Positions 39,232-46,383 of a stretch of 64,000 nt of DNA are shown here, piece after piece. Location: positions 1 through 64,000 of the forward strand of contig CAWCLO010000005.1 of the NCBI GenBank assembly GCA_963796455.1, written 5' to 3'. The translations under genes and the position numbers were made by a program. The notes beneath the pieces were generated by a model, which did no database searches, was not told the DNA's origin, and was given only the letters and a program-made list of their open reading frames with translations. How positions within the stretch are numbered: position 1 is the stretch's first letter; every line of letters starts with the position of its first letter. Source of the stretch: Candidatus Sulfomarinibacteraceae bacterium (GTDB lineage Bacteria; Acidobacteriota; Thermoanaerobaculia; Thermoanaerobaculales; Sulfomarinibacteraceae).

Positions 39232-40665
39232 CTACTGCCTGGAGAGCCAGCGCTGGAAGAATGCGCTGGCGATGGCGTAGCGGTTTTCGCCATCCGCCCG
39301 AATGAGACCGAGATTGGTCAGGGTTGCTGCAGATTCGGCGATCACCTGGTCGGACTCGCCGAGTCGTTTCTGAATCGCGGCCAGCTTCGCATCGGGTTTC
39401 TCGGCCAGAAAGCGAAGCAATTCTCGATCCGTTGCGCCCAGCAGTTCGAAATCCACCGCAAAGAAAAATCCGACGGCACGATCGGCCGCCAGCCCTTCGA
39501 TCGCCGGCTCCAACTCTCCGTGATCAAGATACCGGCGACACAGAAGTTGAATCACGTAGGGGTGGTTGCCGCACACCCGACGGATCGTTTCGATCCGGTC
39601 GTCCGAAAATGTCGGTCGGGCATTCTCCGCCAACTGGTTTTGTCGGATGACCGCCTCGGCCTCGTCGTCGCTCATGGGACCGATATACAGCGGCGGCGTG
39701 AATCCATCGAGAAACGGCGAGGTGTCTTCGCCCGGCGTGGCGAGCTCCCAGAGACGGCCGCTGGCCGCCAATACCGATCGGATTCCTTCGCGCGACTGGA
39801 GGGCGCGGCGGAGTTTGCGGAGGAGGGAAGGGTCTTTCTGATTCAGATTCAGGAGCTCTTCGACCTCGTCACACAAGAGCAGCAGACGAAGTTTGCGTGA
39901 CAGGAGTTGTCGTCGAAGTCGACCCAGCGACTCGAAACAATCATCGGCACGGACATCATCAAGCCGAACACCGGCATCCGAGAGGCGTTCCTCGGCGTCG
40001 AGCAGCGCCTCGGTAAAATCGAGATGGAGGTCCTCGGGGGTATCGGCACCCTGGAGGTCCCAGAATACCGGGACAAACCCCAGGTCCGGCGTCGTCGAAG
40101 CGATGAACTCCAGTTGTTTGAGAACCGAGGTCTTGCCGATGCGCCTCGTGCCGAGGAGCCAGATCCAGTTCCGATTGCCGCGCAGGACCTCTTCGATCAA
40201 GGCGGAGCGCCCATAGAAGTTTTCACCGCGCACCCATTGGCCGACGACGAATGGAATGCTCGGGCCCGTGGTCCGGTGAGGCTCCGGTGGAGGGATTGAC
40301 GTCGTCTGCTTTGTGCCGGGGCTTGCGCTGACCTCGGCGATTAAACGATAGCCGCGTTTCGAGATCGTCTCGATAAAGCGAGGCTGCCGGACATCGTCGC
40401 CAAAAGCCCGTCGCAGACCGGCGATCGACCGGGTGATGACCGATTCCGTGATGAAGACTTCGGGCCAGACCGCGTCGGTGATTTCTATTTTCGAAACCAC
40501 TGAGCCCGCGTGCTCGGACAGAAAGACCAACACATCCATCAATTTCGGCTCGAGTTGCACGATCGTGTCGTCGAGGGTGAGCCGGTTGAGGCTGGGTTCG
40601 ACGAGCCAGTCCCCGATTCTGAAATCGACGGCGCCAGCCTGGTTGTTTCTGTTCGAGCTATCCAT
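39232..40665 (-). CDS. CadC/OmpR-type winged-helix DNA-binding domain fused to a STAND-like P-loop ATPase (subtype A)
   Basis: FRIGDWLVEP..LEPKLMDVL..VW...ITRSIAGLRRAFGDD...FIETISKRGYRL; Walker A GTRRIGKTS; Walker B LLLCDEVE; GNHPY. Confidence 0.88.
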   Translation of the reverse strand: MDSSNRNNQAGAVDFRIGDWLVEPSLNRLTLDDTIVQLEPKLMDVLVFLSEHAGSVVSKIEITDAVWPEVFITESVITRSIAGLRRAFGDDVRQPRFIETISKRGYRLIAEVSASPGTKQTTSIPPPEPHRTTGPSIPFVVGQWVRGENFYGRSALIEEVLRGNRNWIWLLGTRRIGKTSVLKQLEFIASTTPDLGFVPVFWDLQGADTPEDLHLDFTEALLDAEERLSDAGVRLDDVRADDCFESLGRLRRQLLSRKLRLLLLCDEVEELLNLNQKDPSLLRKLRRALQSREGIRSVLAASGRLWELATPGEDTSPFLDGFTPPLYIGPMSDDEAEAVIRQNQLAENARPTFSDDRIETIRRVCGNHPYVIQLLCRRYLDHGELEPAIEGLAADRAVGFFFAVDFELLGATDRELLRFLAEKPDAKLAAIQKRLGESDQVIAESAATLTNLGLIRADGENRYAIASAFFQRWLSRQ

Positions 40666-41356
40666 CGAAAGGCATTCTATCGCGCGACGGTCGGAGCGAG
40701 GTCATATCGATCTCTTCGAAGAAGTTGTACCAGGGGCTCCCTTCCTGTTCCCACCGTTTGTCGATTTCGACCGCTGAAGCCACCATCACGAGATTCTCCG
40801 CCATGCTCATCATGAAGAGGCTCCGCACCTTCTGGTTGATTCGAGGGTCGAAGCCGTTGAGGGTGTCGATCTCGTTGACGAGCAGAGTCAGTCGAGCACG
40901 TTTCGGGCTGCGTGCGGCGAGCGCTTGAATGACGCGGCGAAAGTCCCGGGCGAGATCGCGGTGGTCGTAGTCCTTGCCGGGCCGTCGTGTGTCGGCCGGG
41001 GGTTCGGAACTGGGGATCGGCCCGAGTTGCGCCAGGACGGCGCGGCCGACCGTGGCGAAGAGCTGTTCCTCGGGCACGTCGTGAAGATCGATGTAAACGG
41101 GGTAGTAGTTGTGGACAGTGTCGTCATATGTTTTGAGGCGGTCTCTGAGATCGAGCAGCAGCGCGCATTTTCCAGTCCGTTTTTCGCCCCGGAGCAGCAG
41201 GCTGTTGTTGCTGATCGTACTGAGTATTCGGCTGAGCAAGCGCTCTCGGGTCGCGCCGTCGAGATGATCGTCTGTTCGACCGTCCACCGGGCCATCGCGG
41301 AGCCTGTGGTCCTGTTTGCACCAAAGATGGCGCCAGATCGAACGAAGAGACTGCAT
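40658..41356 (-). CDS. Short degenerate P-loop ATPase (subtype B), probable pseudo-ATPase
   Basis: NNSLLLRGEKRTGKCA, PVYIDL, LLVNEID, RINQKVRSLFM, EGSPWYNFFEEI; paralog of the C-terminus of 46384-48840. 8-bp overlap with the next gene. Start uncertain. Confidence 0.75.
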   Translation of the reverse strand: MQSLRSIWRHLWCKQDHRLRDGPVDGRTDDHLDGATRERLLSRILSTISNNSLLLRGEKRTGKCALLLDLRDRLKTYDDTVHNYYPVYIDLHDVPEEQLFATVGRAVLAQLGPIPSSEPPADTRRPGKDYDHRDLARDFRRVIQALAARSPKRARLTLLVNEIDTLNGFDPRINQKVRSLFMMSMAENLVMVASAVEIDKRWEQEGSPWYNFFEEIDMTSLRPSRDRMPFDG

Positions 41357-41423
41357 CAGTAGTTCCTTTGAGGGGTCGTGGCGACCTCCCACTCCAAGCT
41401 ATGCCGATGCTGGATTGAGTACT

Positions 41424-41469
41424 TGAGGTTGATATGAGGCTCCGGTGAGGGTTTTCCTCGTGCTAAAGT
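41424..41469 (+). promoter_or_regulatory. Promoter with three TGAGG boxes (11-bp period) and an extended -10
   Basis: TGAGG at 41424, 41435 and 41446; TGcTAAAGT at 41461-41469. Confidence 0.72.
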
Positions 41470-41512
41470 CGCCGATGACCTCCCCGCCCGAAATGGGGGA
41501 TCGGAATTGGCA

Positions 41513-42859
41513 ATGAGGGCTCTTCGTCTTCTTCTTGTGGTGCTCGCCGTGGCCGGCATTCTGACCTCGACTTCAGATGCCCAGCAAACCCCTGCGACCT
41601 TCGAATTCAGTTTCTCGAACCCCGGTGCCCGGAGCCTCGGTCTCGGAGGGGCCTTTGCCGCCCTCGCCGACGACGCCACGGCAGCTTTTGCCAACCCGGC
41701 GGGGTTGGTGCAGTTGGTTTCTCCCGAAATTTCGGCTGAACTTCGCCACTGGAGCTATTCGACACCCTATATCGAAGGTGGTCGTTACGAGGGTGAACCA
41801 ACTGGGATCGGTCTTGACACAACCGACTCTTTGCGGACCGCCGTTTCAAAAGAAGATCTCACCGGTCTGTCTTTCTTGTCATTTGTTTATCCGATGGGGA
41901 AGTGGTCTTTTGCGGTGTACCGCCACGAGCTGGCCAACTTCCGCGCCACCACCGCGACCGAGGGTCTGTTTCCTGGCGAGGACCTGCCCCGGGCGATCGA
42001 TCGAAGATGGTCGACCGATCTCGATATCGTCAGTTTCGGGGCAGCCGGCGCCTACCGGATCAGCGACCGGCTCAGCCTCGGCCTTGGTGTCGTGTATTTC
42101 GGCGGCCGTCTCGATGCTCCATTCGAGTGGTCTCTGCCGGACGATATTCAAACGTTCGAAGGCTTTTTTGGTCCGACCTCCTATCTTCCAGAGCAGCAGC
42201 TTGCCAATGGAGAGATGGCGATCGATGATTCTGATTGGGGATTGAACGTGGGTCTGCTCTGGAGCTTCGCTGAGGGGTGGAGCCTCGGGTCCTTTTACCG
42301 TCAGGCGCCGGAGTTCAGTCTGACCTACACCATCCGTGCGGGTCCGTCAGCACCCTTGTTGAACCCGGACTACACGGATGGCGGAACCATCGTGAAGATT
42401 CGTACGCCGATGCAATTCCCGGATGTCTATGGTGCGGGCCTCTCGTATCGCTCGGCCGACGGAAAGCTCGCCGTCGGATTCGAGTGGGACCGGGTGGAGT
42501 ACTCGTCGATCTTTGGCAGCTTCGATCCTGTCGCGATCGAAACGGTCGATGACGACCTCGACCTCGAGGTGGTGCTGGCCGCAGATGATGGGAACGAGTT
42601 TCGCCTGGGTGCCGAGTACGCCTTCCTCGATCTGCAGCCGGTTGTGGCCGTGAGGGCTGGTTTGTGGATTGACCCCGATCACCGTTTCCACAGCATCAGC
42701 GATGAACCCGAGCACCGCGCCTTGTTTCCGCCCGGGGAGGACGAACTCCACATAGCGCTGGGCCTCGGTCTCGCATTCTCTTCCTTCCAGATCGATCTCG
42801 CAGCCGATTTCTCCGATCTCGTCGACACCGTTTCGCTGTCGGCGATCTACAGTTTTTGA
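41513..42859 (+). CDS. FadL/OmpP1/TodX-like outer-membrane beta-barrel, paralog 1
   Basis: Signal peptide; GARSLGLGGAFAALADDATAAFANPAGL hatch motif; C-terminal AIYSF. Confidence 0.85.
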   Translation: MRALRLLLVVLAVAGILTSTSDAQQTPATFEFSFSNPGARSLGLGGAFAALADDATAAFANPAGLVQLVSPEISAELRHWSYSTPYIEGGRYEGEPTGIGLDTTDSLRTAVSKEDLTGLSFLSFVYPMGKWSFAVYRHELANFRATTATEGLFPGEDLPRAIDRRWSTDLDIVSFGAAGAYRISDRLSLGLGVVYFGGRLDAPFEWSLPDDIQTFEGFFGPTSYLPEQQLANGEMAIDDSDWGLNVGLLWSFAEGWSLGSFYRQAPEFSLTYTIRAGPSAPLLNPDYTDGGTIVKIRTPMQFPDVYGAGLSYRSADGKLAVGFEWDRVEYSSIFGSFDPVAIETVDDDLDLEVVLAADDGNEFRLGAEYAFLDLQPVVAVRAGLWIDPDHRFHSISDEPEHRALFPPGEDELHIALGLGLAFSSFQIDLAADFSDLVDTVSLSAIYSF

Positions 42860-42862
42860 CGG

Positions 42863-42991
42863 TCAAAGCACGGCCACGATCATCAGTACGATCAGCAGAA
42901 TCAATGCGGTGATGACTGTGATCGGCACGTCGGAAGGCCGCGGTTCGCCCGTGCTCGAATATCGTGAGGTGGCTTGTCGTCGGGATCCCAT
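42863..42991 (-). CDS. 42-aa single-TM micro-protein (not in the ORF track)
   Basis: GAGGAG RBS; MGSRRQATSRYSSTGEPRPSDVPITVITALILLIVLMIVAVL*. Confidence 0.55.
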   Translation of the reverse strand: MGSRRQATSRYSSTGEPRPSDVPITVITALILLIVLMIVAVL

Positions 42992-43054
42992 GACCCTGCT
43001 CCTCTCCCTCAGCTCTTCATTTCTCGAATATGGGTCTTCTCGATAGCCGTCGCT

Positions 43055-43111
43055 TGATGGATTTCTGAGGTCAGCGTGAGGGTCTGGTGAGGCTCTGCCC
43101 CGTGTTAGGAT
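43055..43111 (+). promoter_or_regulatory. Promoter with TGAGG boxes (11-bp period) and an extended -10
   Basis: TGATG at 43055; TGAGG at 43066, 43077 and 43088; TGtTAGGAT at 43103-43111. Spacing identical to 41424-41469. Confidence 0.72.
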
Positions 43112-43164
43112 CGGGCCCGAACCAGGGTCATTTATTGATGGTCGAGGAACTGTGGAGGAGCAGT

Positions 43165-44478
43165 TTGAGCTTCAAACACCGAATCCCGGCGATGATGGCT
43201 GTTTCGTGCCTGATTGCTGCCTTCACCGCCGCGCAGGAAGCACCGCCGGCGCTCGAGTTCAACTTCTCGAACCCGGGTGCCCGGAGCCTGGGGCTCGGTG
43301 GTGCATTTGCAGCCCTCGCCGATGACGCGACCGCCGCCTTTGCCAACCCCTCCGGCCTGGTCCAGTTGGCACTGCCGGAGATCTCGCTCGAACTGAGATC
43401 TCGCCGCTATCAGATTCCCTATACCACCGGAGGGCGGGTCGAGGGCCCCCCATCCGGTCAGGGCATCGATACCGTGGACGGCCTCCGAACCGGGGTCTCG
43501 AACGAAACCGTGTCCGGCCTGTCTTTTCTGTCTTTCGTCTACCCGGGCGAGCGGTGGTCGCTCGCCGTCTATCGCCACCAGCTTGCCGAGTACGCCATTC
43601 GGACCGAAATCGACGGTCTCTTCGGCGATGTGCCGGAAGGGGGCACCCGGCGCTATGACGACCAGCAACTGGTCACCCAGCTCGACATTGTCGGGACCGG
43701 CCTGTCGGGTGCTTTCAGAGTCAGCGACAACCTGAGCCTCGGGGTGGGTCTGAGCTATTTTACGGGTGATGTTCGGAATCAGGCGCATGTCTATCTGATC
43801 GACAGCTTCCCGGAGACATTTTGGCAGTCGAACTCGTTTTTTCCCGACCGCTTGTACACCATGAGCGACTTTGTCATCAAGGATTCGGATTGGGGTATCA
43901 ACCTCGGTTTTCTGTGGAAGATCGCCGACAGCTGGCGTCTCGGTGGTGTGTTTCGCGAGGGCCCGCGTTTCGACTACGAGTTGCAGATTCTGGCCGGTCC
44001 GGCATCCCCGCTTCCGGAGGGCAGCGTCATCGATTCACTGAACGGTCGATCCCTGGCCTTCCCGGATGTCTTGGGCCTGGGTGTCGCCTATCGATCGCCG
44101 GACGGCCGGTGGACGGTCGGCTTCGAGTGGGACCGGGTTGAATATTCGGTCATCAAAGAAACGCTCGACTCGCCATTGGCGGACACCTCGCTCGTGGCGC
44201 TCGAAGATGGTGATGAACTGCACCTCGGGGTCGAGTACGCCTTTCTGAAAACTTCTCCGCTGATCGCGGTTCGCGGCGGTCTTTGGCGGGATCCCGATCA
44301 TCGTTTTCGCTACACGGGATCGGACCCGTTTCAACAAGCGCTCTTTCCGGCGGGACAGGACGAACTGCACCTCGCACTGGGTGTCGGCATCGCCTTCAGT
44401 CGATTTCAGATCGATCTCGGAATCGATCTTTCGGAAGAGATCGACACCCTTGCGCTGTCGGCCATTTACAGCTTCTGA
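43165..44478 (+). CDS. FadL/OmpP1/TodX-like outer-membrane beta-barrel, paralog 2
   Basis: Same hatch motif (NPSGL), shares DSDWG.N.G.LW and GFEWDRVEYS with paralog 1, ends AIYSF. TTG start after GGAGG (ATG 43138 also possible). Confidence 0.85.
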   Translation: MSFKHRIPAMMAVSCLIAAFTAAQEAPPALEFNFSNPGARSLGLGGAFAALADDATAAFANPSGLVQLALPEISLELRSRRYQIPYTTGGRVEGPPSGQGIDTVDGLRTGVSNETVSGLSFLSFVYPGERWSLAVYRHQLAEYAIRTEIDGLFGDVPEGGTRRYDDQQLVTQLDIVGTGLSGAFRVSDNLSLGVGLSYFTGDVRNQAHVYLIDSFPETFWQSNSFFPDRLYTMSDFVIKDSDWGINLGFLWKIADSWRLGGVFREGPRFDYELQILAGPASPLPEGSVIDSLNGRSLAFPDVLGLGVAYRSPDGRWTVGFEWDRVEYSVIKETLDSPLADTSLVALEDGDELHLGVEYAFLKTSPLIAVRGGLWRDPDHRFRYTGSDPFQQALFPAGQDELHLALGVGIAFSRFQIDLGIDLSEEIDTLALSAIYSF

Positions 44479-46382
44479 TCGCGGGAATTCTCCGCAATGC
44501 GGTCGAGCGCTTGTTCGAGGTCGACGGCGCTGGCAATCCGATCCGCGGGATCTTTGGCAAGGCAGCGCAGGATCAGGGCCGCAAGCTCTCCCGGGATCTC
44601 CTCGGTCAGCGCCACCAGATCCGGCAGCGGGGCGTTGCGTTGCATCGCCAGGACCTCGGGGATGGAGTCGGCCTCGAAGGGGCGCCTGCCGGTCGCCATC
44701 TCGAAGATGACCAGACCCAGGGCATAAAGATCCGAACGTTCATCGAGCGGGTCGAGGGAAACCTGCTCCGGTGAGGCGTAGTGGGGGGTGCCGACAAAGA
44801 GCCCGTGTTGAGTGAGGCCGTGTTCGCCGATCAGTCTGGCGAGCCCGAAGTCGGCCAGAAAGGGTTCGCCTTTGGCGTCGAGAAGGATATTCGAAGGTTT
44901 GATGTCGCGATGGAGCACATTGCGCCGATGAGCCGAGGCCAGTGCCGAACACAGCTTGGCCGCGATCGAGATGACATCCGGCGCCGGCAAGGGCGCACTC
45001 TCGGAAATCAGATCGGCCAGGGTGCCACCTTCGATCCACTGCATTGTGAGATAGGTCCCGGCATCCGATGACCCCAGGTGGTAGACGCGGAGAATGTTGG
45101 GGTGGGCGATATCCCGCGACAACAGAATTTCCTGGCGGACGCGATCGAGAGCCTCCCGGTTGGCCACGTACTCGGGTCTGAGAAGCTTCAGGGCGACCCA
45201 CGAATCGAGCAGCGTGTCGCGAGCCTTGTAGACGCTGCCGGTGGCCCCAACGCCGATCTCTTCCGAAAGCGTGTAGCGTTGATCCACCATCCGAACCGAG
45301 ATGGTCGTGTCGCAGTCGCTCGCCTCGGGTGCGGGTGGCACTGGCGGTGGAGCGTATTCTTCGAGCCAGCGCCGAAGAAAAAACCCCGAGACGCAAAAAC
45401 TGCGCTGTTCATCGCGGCTGATCTGACCCAGGTTTTCGAGCCGTTGCAGAGCGTCCTCGCGGTCGACGGTGGAGACCCTGAGTGCCTCGTGAATTGACTG
45501 ATCGGAGGCCGATCCCTGTTCCGCAATCAGCCGGAGCACGGTTTGCTCGGTCGATGACAACAGCTCGAAATCCACCGAGAGGAAATAGCTGATCATTCGG
45601 TCACCGGAGACCTGTCGAACGGCTTCTTCAAGATCTCCGAGTTCGAGAAAGCGCTTGCAGACCAGTTGAATCAAGTAGGGGTGGTTGTCGCACCGGCTGC
45701 GGATTTCCTCGGCTTCGTCGACACCGATTCCTGCCCAGGCATCCTGAGTCAGGTGGTGCTGACGGATAAGCGATAGCGCTTCACGATCGGTGAGACCGGC
45801 GATGTAGAGAGGGGGGCTGAAACCGTGCAAGAAAGGCGATGTGTCGCCTCGTTGTTCCGCCAACGCGCAGAGCCGGACCGATGAGGTGAGTACCGATCGA
45901 AGTCCGTCGTGCGACTGCATCGCGCGGCGCAGTTTGCGCAGCAGAGCCGGGTTCTGACGATGGAGATTGAGGAGCTCCTCCACCTCATCGCAGAGCAGCA
46001 ACAATGAACGCCCCAGGCCCCGGACCTTGCGGCGAAGCAAACCCATGGATGCAAAGAGGTCGTCGCCCTCGATTTCTGAGATTTCGATTCCCATGCTCTG
46101 AAGACGGTCTTCGGCATCGAGCAATGCGTCTGAAAAGGTGAGGTCGAGCTCGGCCGAGTCTTCCGCTCCCTGGAAGTCCCAGAAGATTGGAACAAAGCCG
46201 CTGTCCTCGGAATCGGTCAGGTGCTCGAGTTGCTTGAGGAGCGAGGTCTTGCCGATCCGGCGGGTGCCGAGCACCCACAAGGAATTGCGGGGCCCATTCA
46301 GGATCTCGTCGATCAGCGCTGCCCGTCCATAGAAGCGTTGGCCACGGACCCACTGTCCAACGACGAAGGGATTCACCTGCAT
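44466..46382 (-). CDS. STAND-like P-loop ATPase (subtype A) fused to a C-terminal Hanks-type Ser/Thr kinase
   Basis: NPFVVGQWVRG..FYGR, GTRRIGKTS, LLCDEVEE; kinase motifs GVGATGSVY, VALK, HRDIKPSN, DFG, GTPHYASPE. Confidence 0.9.
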   Translation of the reverse strand: MQVNPFVVGQWVRGQRFYGRAALIDEILNGPRNSLWVLGTRRIGKTSLLKQLEHLTDSEDSGFVPIFWDFQGAEDSAELDLTFSDALLDAEDRLQSMGIEISEIEGDDLFASMGLLRRKVRGLGRSLLLLCDEVEELLNLHRQNPALLRKLRRAMQSHDGLRSVLTSSVRLCALAEQRGDTSPFLHGFSPPLYIAGLTDREALSLIRQHHLTQDAWAGIGVDEAEEIRSRCDNHPYLIQLVCKRFLELGDLEEAVRQVSGDRMISYFLSVDFELLSSTEQTVLRLIAEQGSASDQSIHEALRVSTVDREDALQRLENLGQISRDEQRSFCVSGFFLRRWLEEYAPPPVPPAPEASDCDTTISVRMVDQRYTLSEEIGVGATGSVYKARDTLLDSWVALKLLRPEYVANREALDRVRQEILLSRDIAHPNILRVYHLGSSDAGTYLTMQWIEGGTLADLISESAPLPAPDVISIAAKLCSALASAHRRNVLHRDIKPSNILLDAKGEPFLADFGLARLIGEHGLTQHGLFVGTPHYASPEQVSLDPLDERSDLYALGLVIFEMATGRRPFEADSIPEVLAMQRNAPLPDLVALTEEIPGELAALILRCLAKDPADRIASAVDLEQALDRIAENSRDQKL

Positions 46383-46383
46383 T

